64,000 nt of DNA, taken from NCBI GenBank assembly GCA_045639065.1, contig JAZUCK010000010.1, forward strand, positions 3,794 through 67,793. The letters run 5' to 3'. A model generated the notes under the pieces. It was not told the origin of the DNA. It did not search any database and worked only from the letters and a program-made list of their open reading frames with translations. Origin of the DNA: Alphaproteobacteria bacterium. Lineage in GTDB: Bacteria > Pseudomonadota > Alphaproteobacteria > RF32 > CAG-239. Shown in pieces: positions 19,755-28,917 of this stretch (position 1 is the first letter of the stretch; each line of letters starts with the position of its first letter). The position numbers and the translations under genes are program-made.

Positions 19755-21650
19755 ATGAAAAAAATTATAGTATCATTTGGCTTTTTTGCGCTGTTAATAA
19801 CTGCATGCACAAATAACGGCGTTATTTTTAATGAAGATATCCCTGCTCCGGCAGCATATACTGATTGGGACAGAGCGATTCGTGTTGATACCGATATGCA
19901 AACAATGTATTCGGCAACTCCACGTAAAATTGAAAAACCTATCGATATGTACATGGCCTTTGCTCTTGCATTAAAGTATAACTATACTCGCAGATTGGTC
20001 AGCTATCAACAAAGCATGATTGAAGTCGGAAAGAATCCTGAGAATCGTCTGCCCGAAATTTTCTCTTCGGCCGGATATGTTAATACGGATAATGCCGATG
20101 CAATGGATTCTGAATTAAAGCTAGCATGGAATATTTTGGATATAAGTACGGTATATTATCAAAGTAAAGATGATTGGTACAAAACCAGTGTAGCCTATGA
20201 ACAAAGCCGAAAGGTTATTCATAACCTTATGCAAGAAACAAGAGTTTTGTATTGGAAAGCTTTGAGTGCCCAACGTTTACTTCCGCTTATTGATGATATG
20301 ATTGAATATATGACATTAGATGTTGATGAACTTAATGCAAGATCTGTTGATTTAGCCAAAGAAGGTTTAAGTCTTAATGTCGGCGAATTAGAACGTAAAC
20401 GTGAGTTTATGCAAGCCACTAAAGAGCTGTCTGACATTAAACGTGACTTAGAAACAGCTAATGTCCGCTTAGCATCATTGATGGGGTTCCATCCTTCAAC
20501 GGAATTCACTTTGGTCGGCAAAGAAATGGGTAACTTTGACTTGCCCGAAATCAAAAGCTCATTAAGCGAAATGGAATGGGTGGCTTTGACTAACCGTCCG
20601 GAACTAAGAGCCAGAGATTTGGTTACAAACGCTGATGAGGTTGTTGCCTCATTTAAAATCTTTTCCGATCCGGGTAATGTAAAATATAAAACCGATTCAA
20701 ACTACTATAACCGTACTTGGTCTAAAAAAGCAAAAGAAGTCGGAATGGAAGTGTTTGAAAAAGTTAATGACCCAAAATATTTCGAAGTTGAGGCTTTGCG
20801 TCGCCAACGCATGACAAACCTTATATTGACTCAAGTTTATGTCGCTTGGGCCCGATATATGTCAGCAGTCGAAGATTATGAAATAGCTCAAGAATTGGCT
20901 CGTGCCTCAGAAGATATTGCCGAAGACACTACTATTTCATCAGGTGCAAGAGCTGTGAATTCACAACTTGAATCAGCCAGAGCTATTGAAGACGAAGCTA
21001 AGGCTATGATTGCATATGTAAAATTGCAAGATGCTTTAGGCAATTTGTATTCAACATTGGGTATGGATGCAATTCCTTATTATATGTTGAACGAAAAACC
21101 ATCAAAAATTGCTATCTACTTACGCGGTGTTTTAGAAAAATGGCGCAAGGGCGAATTTTTACCGGATAACCGTCCTTATATGTTAGATGTTCCGACCAAA
21201 CGTCCGCCGGTAAATTTATCATCGCAAGCATTGATACCGGACTTGGTATTGGAAAGCGGTCAAAAAATAAATGTTTATATTCCGCAGTCAATCATCAACA
21301 AACTTGACCCTCAGGGTAAAGTTACCATTAAGGCAGGTATGATTGATGACACTCCTTTACCTGATTGGTTAATGTTTGATGAAGCCAGAAGATCATTTAT
21401 CGGTATGGCTATGCCGGGTAATGTAGGTAATCATCAGGTTAAAGCTTATATTTCAGATGAAGAAGGCAGGGTCGGATTTATAACTTTCGGAATTAAAATT
21501 ACCGATGTTTATGTCCCCTCAATAAAAATGAAAGGTTTAACCGAAGGACGTACTGCTCAGGTTTTGAAGCGTTGTGTCGGACGACAATGTTCCGATGAAT
21601 ATATTACCGATACTACTGTCGGTCGAGATGTTTCAAAAAATCGCAGATAA
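19755..21650 (+). CDS. TolC-like outer-membrane factor lipoprotein with C-terminal Ig/cadherin-like module
   Basis: Lipobox LLITAC. Two OEP-like helical repeats (ALKYNY..., NVRLASLMGF, NRPELRA). C-terminal PLPDWLMFDEARRSFIGMAMPGNVGNHQVKAYISDEEG resembles putative-Ig/CADG domains. Confidence 0.6.
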   Translation: MKKIIVSFGFFALLITACTNNGVIFNEDIPAPAAYTDWDRAIRVDTDMQTMYSATPRKIEKPIDMYMAFALALKYNYTRRLVSYQQSMIEVGKNPENRLPEIFSSAGYVNTDNADAMDSELKLAWNILDISTVYYQSKDDWYKTSVAYEQSRKVIHNLMQETRVLYWKALSAQRLLPLIDDMIEYMTLDVDELNARSVDLAKEGLSLNVGELERKREFMQATKELSDIKRDLETANVRLASLMGFHPSTEFTLVGKEMGNFDLPEIKSSLSEMEWVALTNRPELRARDLVTNADEVVASFKIFSDPGNVKYKTDSNYYNRTWSKKAKEVGMEVFEKVNDPKYFEVEALRRQRMTNLILTQVYVAWARYMSAVEDYEIAQELARASEDIAEDTTISSGARAVNSQLESARAIEDEAKAMIAYVKLQDALGNLYSTLGMDAIPYYMLNEKPSKIAIYLRGVLEKWRKGEFLPDNRPYMLDVPTKRPPVNLSSQALIPDLVLESGQKINVYIPQSIINKLDPQGKVTIKAGMIDDTPLPDWLMFDEARRSFIGMAMPGNVGNHQVKAYISDEEGRVGFITFGIKITDVYVPSIKMKGLTEGRTAQVLKRCVGRQCSDEYITDTTVGRDVSKNRR

Positions 21651-21654
21651 AACT

Positions 21655-21691
21655 CTAAAAAAAGCAACTCAACTGAGTTGCTTTTTTTTTT
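21655..21691. terminator. bidirectional terminator between convergent genes
   Basis: agcaactc-aact-gagttgct hairpin flanked by A- and T-runs. Confidence 0.7.
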
Positions 21692-21749
21692 AATATCATT
21701 CCTGTTTGTTTAACCATAAACTATTAAAGTAAAATCTACTTATTTATAT

Positions 21750-22592
21750 TTAATTCAATGTAGACAAGTGGTCACTATCTATGAGATCAACATATTTATA
21801 TAAATTTTCTTTAATAGCTTGAGGATTATCGACAATTTTATAACTCGGGTTACCATATAAAATAACTGTTATTCCTTTGTTATGAAGTTCGCCTATATAT
21901 TCTTTATTTTTATTAAAAGACTTTTCACCTAAAATAACTGATTTTATATTACCTATACCCATCAATACTTTGTATATTTCTTTAACTCCTCGTCTTCCGC
22001 CTTTTAAGCGAAGTGTCGGATATTTATAACCTAACTGTAAAGCTTTAAAATAGTTGTGAAGAGCAAAAACCTGAACAATCATACGATCGTGATACGGCAA
22101 ATATTTATGCAAATAGTCAAGGTCTCGAATCTTATCAACTACCATTACCCAATCAGGATATTTTTCAAACAAGTCGGCTACATCTTGTATCGACATAGGA
22201 GTATATTTACCATAAAGTTTTGATGATAAAAATTCTTCTCTAGTCAGTGGTTTATCGCCTTGTCTACCAGTCATCTCGTTAATACGTTCCCAATCATGAC
22301 CAGCGATATATTCTCCATCAGCAGTCTTAATTAAATCAATTTCGATATATTTACGTCCGGCTTTTATTGATCCTTCGATAGCCTCGCGAGAGTTAGTATA
22401 TACTATGCCATCAATAGCTCCTCCTGCATGAGCAATAAGATGTTGCTTAGCCAGTTCATCATTATAAAAAGGATATGGCTTATCAACTTTACGAGAAATT
22501 AAAACACCCTGTCCGAATAATGCCAACCAGCCTATACAAAAAACAACAATAGCAGCAAGTAATCCTAATAAAATTTTTTTTGATTTTGACAT
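21750..22592 (-). CDS. membrane-anchored GDPD/PI-PLC-like phosphodiesterase family protein
   Basis: N-terminal TM. AHAGG...IEIDL...AGHDW resembles the GDPD-like TIM-barrel signature. Weak call. Confidence 0.5.
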   Translation of the reverse strand: MSKSKKILLGLLAAIVVFCIGWLALFGQGVLISRKVDKPYPFYNDELAKQHLIAHAGGAIDGIVYTNSREAIEGSIKAGRKYIEIDLIKTADGEYIAGHDWERINEMTGRQGDKPLTREEFLSSKLYGKYTPMSIQDVADLFEKYPDWVMVVDKIRDLDYLHKYLPYHDRMIVQVFALHNYFKALQLGYKYPTLRLKGGRRGVKEIYKVLMGIGNIKSVILGEKSFNKNKEYIGELHNKGITVILYGNPSYKIVDNPQAIKENLYKYVDLIDSDHLSTLN

Positions 22593-22737
22593 ATTTGCAC
22601 CTCAAATTAAAATTTTGTATGTTCTTAAACATACATCAAATTTAAAACAAATAAATATATTTTTTCTTAATAACACAATTTGGTATGTAATTTATATTTT
22701 TTTAAATTATACTTGTCTAAGAAAAAGGAGCTTCATT

Positions 22738-23469
22738 TTGCGAATATTAGCTTTATTGTTCTTTCTTAGCGCTTGCTCAACGACATTTAATGTGCCGTCT
22801 GATTTTGTATATAAAGAAATAGACACGCACAGTTTTAAGTTAGCCAGTTGGCAAAAGATTACCGACAAATCACAAGGATATACTATATATATTGAAGGTG
22901 ATGGATATGCTTTTAATTCCAGAGGAAAACCAACCAAAAATCCGACACCACATTCTCATTTAGTACGAAATTTAGCTTTTGCTGACGATAGCGCAAATGT
23001 CATATATTTGGCACGCCCTTGCCAGTATGTTAACGATGACAACTGTTCACAAAGACATTGGACAACAGCTCGCTTTGCTCCGGAAGTTATAAACGCCACT
23101 CATCAGGCTATTTATTCAATTACCCAGAATGAACCTATAACTTTGATAGGTTTTTCCGGTGGAGCACAAGTCGCAGGATTAGTTGCATCTGCAAAAAAAG
23201 GATTAAACGTAAAAAAAATTATAACCATTGCCGGCAATTTGGATCATTTGTCTTGGACAAACTATCACAATCTGCTACCGCTTAATGAATCTATGAATTT
23301 GGCTGATTATAGAAAAAACTTTATAAAAATACCTCAGCAACACTATGTCGGAGCAAAAGACAAAGTGATACCATATCATATTACACAACAATTTATTCAA
23401 AATGATAATATTATCGTTATTTTGCCCGAGGCCTCTCATAATGACGGCTGGAGCAATCTAAAATTCTAA
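22738..23469 (+). CDS. alpha/beta-hydrolase lipoprotein
   Basis: TTG at 22738, 6 nt after AAGGAG. Lipobox FFLSAC. GFSGGAQ nucleophile elbow. Confidence 0.6.
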   Translation: MRILALLFFLSACSTTFNVPSDFVYKEIDTHSFKLASWQKITDKSQGYTIYIEGDGYAFNSRGKPTKNPTPHSHLVRNLAFADDSANVIYLARPCQYVNDDNCSQRHWTTARFAPEVINATHQAIYSITQNEPITLIGFSGGAQVAGLVASAKKGLNVKKIITIAGNLDHLSWTNYHNLLPLNESMNLADYRKNFIKIPQQHYVGAKDKVIPYHITQQFIQNDNIIVILPEASHNDGWSNLKF

Positions 23470-23481
23470 AGGACTTAAGCT

Positions 23482-24171
23482 ATGGAAGAAGAAGCGAGCT
23501 ATATTGGCCACAGACAAAGATTAAAAGAAAGATTTTTGCGCTCAAAAGGAGCGGATATGGCCGATTACGAGGCCTTAGAGTTGCTGCTTACCTATGCGAT
23601 ACCAAGGAAAGATGTAAAACCTTTGGCTAAAAGTCTGATTAAAAAATTCGGTTCGTTTGCCGGTGTAATATCAGCACCGATTGAAAGATTGTATGAAGTT
23701 GTAGGAATAAAAGAAAATTCGGCAACTCTGATAAAATTTATCGAATTTGCTTCGCAAAAATTGTCATGGCAGAATTTGGCATTTGAAGATGCTCCTTACA
23801 TTACTTCGACCGATAATTTAATCGAATTTTGCCGTTGCACAATGGGATATAGTGAAGTCGAAGTTTTACGTTTAATTTATGTTGATGCAAAATTAAAAGT
23901 TATCGAAACCGAAGTGTTGCAAAAAGGTTCGGTTTCATCGGTTAATATTAACCCTCGAGACATTGTTGCAAATGCTTTGAAGAAAAATGCTTCCGGTGTT
24001 ATTATGGTTCACAACCACCCGACCGGCGATCCCAGACCATCTAATAATGATGTTGAGGCCACAAAAAGAGTTAAATCTGCTTGTGATGCCGTCGGTATTG
24101 CTTTGCACGAACACCTTATTATTACTCCTTCTGATTTTTACTCTTTTGCTGAGCACAATCTCGTTGTTTAA
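23482..24171 (+). CDS. radC: RadC-family JAB/MPN domain protein, copy 2
   Basis: 229 aa, HNHPTGDPRPSNND. Long tracts are nucleotide-identical to copy 1. Confidence 0.9.
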   Translation: MEEEASYIGHRQRLKERFLRSKGADMADYEALELLLTYAIPRKDVKPLAKSLIKKFGSFAGVISAPIERLYEVVGIKENSATLIKFIEFASQKLSWQNLAFEDAPYITSTDNLIEFCRCTMGYSEVEVLRLIYVDAKLKVIETEVLQKGSVSSVNINPRDIVANALKKNASGVIMVHNHPTGDPRPSNNDVEATKRVKSACDAVGIALHEHLIITPSDFYSFAEHNLVV

Positions 24172-24242
24172 GATAAAAAAACTTGCGCACTAAATTTTAG
24201 TGTGTTATTCATTTTGATGAATTATTTTTAAAGGAGCATTTT

Positions 24243-25718
24243 ATGTTGGCATTATTTGTTGTCTTTGTCGGATTTATGATGTTTTCATCAGCAAATTGGA
24301 TAGTAAGAAAATTTGGTGAAGTTACTTATGAACAAATTATGTTTCACCTTAATATGCCTTTTGCTTCCGAAACAAGAATGATGCTCAGCTATGCAAAAAA
24401 TACTGTTATGACCGGCGCAATAATCGTTTTGGCTTTAACATTATTATTTTGCTACAAATATAAATTTCATATCAAGTTGATTGATAAATTTCGTGAATTT
24501 GTATATCAAAAACGCAACTTGTTGAGCTATATATGGCTTGCATTTTGTGTGGTTTTTGTATTCTTTAAGATGAATGTGTGGAATATGATTACTTTCCACA
24601 AATATAAAAGTGAAACTTCAAACTTTTACGAAGAAAACTATGTAATTCCGCAAGATACTAAAATTACCTTCCCTAACAAAAAGCCTAACCTTGTTTTGTT
24701 GTTTGCCGAATCGTTTGAGGCTACATATGCTAAAACACCAAAGCACAATTATTTTGGTGCAGATTTAATCCCTAACGTTCATAAGTTGGCCAATGAAAAT
24801 ATTTCATTCAGTGACAACGAATTTTTGGGAGGTGCTTTTGAGATTGACGGAACTCAATGGACACAAGCAGGTCTTTTTGCCCAAACCTGCGGAGCCCCCA
24901 TACAGCTTCCGATTAACGATCCAAACTGGTTTCATCCCAAAGACGGATTTTTCCCAAAGGCATGGTGTCTGTATGATATTTTAGAACAACAGGGATATAA
25001 CCTTGTTTCACTTATCGGTTCAAACGGCGAATTTGCAGGTATGGATAAGTTTGTTGAAACTCATGGAAAACAAAAACTTTTGGATACAAACTTTTTTGCT
25101 AAACGTGATGGAATCGAACTTTCTTTGGAAAAAACAACAAAATTACCGGACACTCAAGTGTTTAACTATGCCAAAGAAGAATTAACCAAGTTAAAAAAAG
25201 AAGGTAAACCTTTTGCTTTTACCTTAATGACACTTGATACTCATTATGGAACATATCGCTTTGCTGATGATGTTTGCGAGAGAAAATTCGGTCCTCATAA
25301 CAACATTGAAAATGTGGTATCTTGCTCTGACAAACAGATAAGTAATTTTATTGAATGGGTTAAAGTTCAAGATTTTTATAACGAAACGGTTGTTGTTATT
25401 ATTGGCGATCATTTAACAATGAATCAACGTTTTACCAAGGATATGAATCGTAAATTGGTAAATGTGTTTATGAATACACCGGTAGCAGCCATAAATACAA
25501 AAGACAGAACTTTTACACCTTTTGATATTTATCCGACTATTATTGAGAGTTTGGGTGCAAAAATTGAAGGTCACAGACTTGGTTTGGGAACTTCGCTGTT
25601 TTCAGATGTACCGACACTTACCGAAGGAAAATTTAAGGTTGAAGAACTTGATATAGAAGTAAGGAAAAAATCAAAAATATACGACTGGTTACTTTATGGC
25701 AAAAACGTAAGACAGTAA
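24243..25718 (+). CDS. sulfatase/alkaline-phosphatase superfamily membrane protein (LtaS/OpgB-like phosphoglycerol transferase type)
   Basis: N-terminal TM helices followed by an LLFAESFE...TLDTH...IGDH sulfatase-fold pattern. Confidence 0.7.
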   Translation: MLALFVVFVGFMMFSSANWIVRKFGEVTYEQIMFHLNMPFASETRMMLSYAKNTVMTGAIIVLALTLLFCYKYKFHIKLIDKFREFVYQKRNLLSYIWLAFCVVFVFFKMNVWNMITFHKYKSETSNFYEENYVIPQDTKITFPNKKPNLVLLFAESFEATYAKTPKHNYFGADLIPNVHKLANENISFSDNEFLGGAFEIDGTQWTQAGLFAQTCGAPIQLPINDPNWFHPKDGFFPKAWCLYDILEQQGYNLVSLIGSNGEFAGMDKFVETHGKQKLLDTNFFAKRDGIELSLEKTTKLPDTQVFNYAKEELTKLKKEGKPFAFTLMTLDTHYGTYRFADDVCERKFGPHNNIENVVSCSDKQISNFIEWVKVQDFYNETVVVIIGDHLTMNQRFTKDMNRKLVNVFMNTPVAAINTKDRTFTPFDIYPTIIESLGAKIEGHRLGLGTSLFSDVPTLTEGKFKVEELDIEVRKKSKIYDWLLYGKNVRQ

Positions 25719-25753
25719 TAAAAAAGCGAAGTTCTTAAAACTTCGCTTTTTTA

Positions 25754-26134
25754 TTATTCATTCGGCTCGGAATACGGTTCAAATACCATATTAGAACCAT
25801 CTTCCATTTCTAAAACCAACTTATCATCTTGCATCTTAAATGTTTTTACCAACAATAATGATTGAACAAAATTTTGTTCAACATCCATTTCTTTTTGAGG
25901 CCCCATCATCATAGTTGAACCTGCCGGATTTATAGTAATAACATTTCCGCTAGTTGTATACTGTCCCATAATTATATTTACAACTTTGGCATTTAATTTT
26001 CCGTCTTTTGCCAAAGTCAAAATAACAGGCACATTGTCAGGAGAATTTATCATTTTATAAGTGCCATATCCAAGTCCTGACGAATTATTACAGGCACACA
26101 ATAATAAGAAAAATGTAAAAAGTATTTTTTTCAT
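25754..26134 (-). CDS. META-domain lipoprotein (HslJ-like)
   Basis: Lipobox LLLCAC. The pattern NIIMGQY...ITINPAGSTMMMGP...LVL is typical of META domains. Confidence 0.6.
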   Translation of the reverse strand: MKKILFTFFLLLCACNNSSGLGYGTYKMINSPDNVPVILTLAKDGKLNAKVVNIIMGQYTTSGNVITINPAGSTMMMGPQKEMDVEQNFVQSLLLVKTFKMQDDKLVLEMEDGSNMVFEPYSEPNE

Positions 26135-26143
26135 AATTTCACC

Positions 26144-27439
26144 CTATTCCTCATCTTCTTTAACACGAACAATATCTGCACCGACCGATCGGAGTTTTTC
26201 TTCAAGTTTTTCATAGCCGCGGTCTAAGTGATATACGCGATTTACAACTGTTTCGCCTTCGGCAATAAGTCCGGCCAAAACAAGTGCAAACGAAGCACGC
26301 AAGTCGGTAGCCATAACTGGAGCACCTGAGAGTTTATCAACACAACGAACGATAGCCGAAGCATGACCGTGAACATTGATGTTTGCACCCATACGCAAAA
26401 GCTCAGGTACATGCATAAAACGATTTTCAAAAATTGTTTCGGTAACCATAGACGCACCTTGTGCTGTCATCATCAAGGCTAAAAATTGTGCTTGAAGATC
26501 TGTCGGAAAACCTGGGAAAGGCTCGGTCATAATATCTTTACCAACCAGTTCACAACCCTTGGCATCAACGATTAGTCCGGTTTCGGTTTCTTCGACTTTT
26601 ACACCCATATCACGCAAAACTTGTACCGGACGACGCAAAGTTTCGATTTGAGCATTTATCAATTCAATACGTCCACGAGTTATGGCTGCGGCGACAGCAT
26701 AAGAGCCTGCCTCAATTCTATCGGCAATAACTTTATGAACAGCACCATGAAGTTTGTCAACACCTTCAATTGTAAGCACTGCTGTACCGATACCGGATAT
26801 TTTTGCGCCCATGGCATTTAACAATTTTGCCAAGTCACCGATTTCAGGCTCTTTGGCTGAATTTTCAAGAACTGTGCGACCTTCGGCTAAAACAGCAGCC
26901 ATTAACACATTACAAGTTGCACCGACCGATACTCCCGGAAATATAATATGAGCACCTTTTAAGCGACCATCTACATTAGCATGAATATAGCCGTTTTTAA
27001 TTTCTATCTTAGCGCCCATTTTTTCTAAAGAAGATAAGTGTATATCCATTGGACGAGCACCGATTGCGCAACCACCGGGAAGAGATAGCTCACATTTGCC
27101 GTAACGAGCAAGCAAAGGACCTAAAACGTAGTATGAGGCGCGCATTTTTCTGACATAATCATATGGAGCAACAAGGCTTTCGATATCTTTGGTGCGATAA
27201 GAATAAGTTTTGGTGGAGTGACCATCGACAAAGTCATCAAATTCATTTATTTTGGTGCCGTGTTGGGTTAATAAGTCGTTCATTGCCTTAATATCCGAAA
27301 GCATCGGAACGTTGGTCAAAGTAACGGTTTCATCTGTGAGCAAAGAAGCACAGATTAAAGGCAAAGCGGCGTTTTTGGCGCCACTGATAAAGATTTTACC
27401 TTCTAAAGCCTTACCACCATGAATTTTTATCTTATCCAT
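26144..27439 (-). CDS. murA: UDP-N-acetylglucosamine 1-carboxyvinyltransferase
   Basis: 431 aa, KNAALP, active-site loop [11 protein letters not shown]. Confidence 0.97.
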   Translation of the reverse strand: MDKIKIHGGKALEGKIFISGAKNAALPLICASLLTDETVTLTNVPMLSDIKAMNDLLTQHGTKINEFDDFVDGHSTKTYSYRTKDIESLVAPYDYVRKMRASYYVLGPLLARYGKCELSLPGGCAIGARPMDIHLSSLEKMGAKIEIKNGYIHANVDGRLKGAHIIFPGVSVGATCNVLMAAVLAEGRTVLENSAKEPEIGDLAKLLNAMGAKISGIGTAVLTIEGVDKLHGAVHKVIADRIEAGSYAVAAAITRGRIELINAQIETLRRPVQVLRDMGVKVEETETGLIVDAKGCELVGKDIMTEPFPGFPTDLQAQFLALMMTAQGASMVTETIFENRFMHVPELLRMGANINVHGHASAIVRCVDKLSGAPVMATDLRASFALVLAGLIAEGETVVNRVYHLDRGYEKLEEKLRSVGADIVRVKEDEE

Positions 27440-27578
27440 TGTTTTTCTCCTGTTTTAATGCCTCGCGTTTCTTTTGTTGAAGTTTGCGCTTTTCCAAATT
27501 TTTTTGCAAAGCTTTGGCCTCTCGTTCAAATCGCTCTTCATAACGAGGTTTTTCAGACTTTTTAGAAACTTTCGGCAT
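27432..27578 (-). CDS. small Lys/Glu-rich protein (48 aa) translationally coupled to murA
   Basis: ATG at 27578 with AAGGAA upstream. 8-nt overlap with the murA start. Confidence 0.45.
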   Translation of the reverse strand: MPKVSKKSEKPRYEERFEREAKALQKNLEKRKLQQKKREALKQEKNNG

Positions 27579-27708
27579 AGTGGATTCCTTTTGATTATAT
27601 ATAGTATGGTTAAGGTTATATACCATAATTGCAAAAAAAAAATTAAAATCCTTAAAAAATCCCTTGATTTTTATAAAATGCTTTTGTATGTTGTCATTCG
27701 CAAGATGA

Positions 27709-27865
27709 TATTTTGCCGCTATAGCTCAGTGGTAGCGCTAAGTAAAATTGATATGGTATATCAATTTTGTCTGAAAGCTCTTTGGAACATCTTAGCGAGA
27801 GAGTGCAGATGATAATCAAGCGAAACGAGCTTAGATGCCTAAGGCACACCCTTTAAGGTGTGTGC
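27709..27865 (+). pseudogene. decayed, interrupted copy of tRNA-Thr (5' flank + nt 1-21, 108-nt insert, degenerate anticodon arm)
   Basis: The 27-mer tattttgccgctatagctcagtggtag is identical to 27885-27911. gcacaccctt at 27844-27853 matches tRNA positions 23-32. There is no T-arm or acceptor 3' strand. Confidence 0.7.
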
Positions 27866-27890
27866 TATACGAAAAAGAAAATATTATTTT

Positions 27891-27965
27891 GCCGCTATAG
27901 CTCAGTGGTAGAGCACACCCTTGGTAAGGGTGGGGTCGTAAGTCCGATTCTTACTAGCGGCACCA
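27891..27965 (+). tRNA. tRNA-Thr (anticodon GGU), CCA encoded
   Basis: gccgcta-ta-gctc-agtggta-gagc-a-caccc-ttGGTaa-gggtg-gggtc-gtaag-tccgatt-cttac-tagcggc-acca cloverleaf. Confidence 0.9.
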
Positions 27966-27972
27966 TTAAAAA

Positions 27973-27997
27973 GCCTCTCTCTTGGGAGGTTTTTTTT
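27973..27997 (+). terminator. terminator after tRNA-Thr
   Basis: cctctc / gggagg stem followed by T8. Confidence 0.65.
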
Positions 27998-28051
27998 ATG
28001 GTTTGAAGATAGTTAGAAGCGGACTTATCCAGAGCGGATAGTTAGCAAGCA

Positions 28052-28807
28052 CTACATCTGCTTAACTGTTTCTTTTGAATTATTTGCTACTTTACCAGAT
28101 AAATCAAATTTTTCACCCTTAAACATAAAGTTCTTAACGGCTTTAGATTGATTAAACTTATTCATATCAACAATCTCATTTTCTGTGATTACCCCCTCTT
28201 TTTTCAATTGTAAAAGGGCCAATCCAAAGGCTACGGGCTCATAGTCAGCATTTTTGCGAACATCGTCTTCTTTAAATCTTCCTTTTAAAACATATGATGA
28301 CATTACAAGAGTGTCTATACATTCTGCCAGAATCTCATAATCATTAATTTTTTTTGCAAATCTTGATGCTAATTCAACAACAATAGGAGACCATTCACCT
28401 TGAATGGATTTGATATAATGATCTTTCATAACCTTTTGTAAGTTAGAGTTATTTTTTATTTCTTGAATACTACCAAACCTCAATGATTGAGGAAGTTTAT
28501 ATTTTTCTATTACAATGTCTGCAGCTTCATTACACGCTTTACTAACTCCATTATCATCCAATTTCTTACAAGCAGAAACTCTTAATCTTTTAGTAAATTC
28601 TTCAATTGGCTCTTTAAGGTCGGGATATAAAGTCTGAATAAGTACGTTACTAATCTTGACTGGAACAGGAGGACGCTCGCCAACTAAATTTTCTATATAT
28701 TCATATGACGATTCAAAATGAGGATCATCCAAGTATTCCGGATTAGTCATATATGTAGCAATATGTAATAAATGCTTCGTACTAATCTCTTTTCCATCGT
28801 TGCTCAT
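28052..28807 (-). CDS. hypothetical protein (251 aa), downstream partner of the HExxH protein
   Basis: Long ORF, no signal peptide or recognisable motif. Confidence 0.55.
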   Translation of the reverse strand: MSNDGKEISTKHLLHIATYMTNPEYLDDPHFESSYEYIENLVGERPPVPVKISNVLIQTLYPDLKEPIEEFTKRLRVSACKKLDDNGVSKACNEAADIVIEKYKLPQSLRFGSIQEIKNNSNLQKVMKDHYIKSIQGEWSPIVVELASRFAKKINDYEILAECIDTLVMSSYVLKGRFKEDDVRKNADYEPVAFGLALLQLKKEGVITENEIVDMNKFNQSKAVKNFMFKGEKFDLSGKVANNSKETVKQM

Positions 28808-28917
28808 AGTTATATCCTTATATCTTTTTTTTCATTATAGCAAAAAATCATCAAATGAATGTACGAAATTCTGGTGCGCCATATTATTGCTCCTGTATTA
28901 GAAAATGCTTTTTTATT

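Noticed and set aside
27715-27965. tRNA-Thr split by a group I intron.
   Set aside because: The intervening sequence is only about 150 nt and contains a second copy of the 5' exon. The downstream tRNA is complete on its own, so no splicing is needed.
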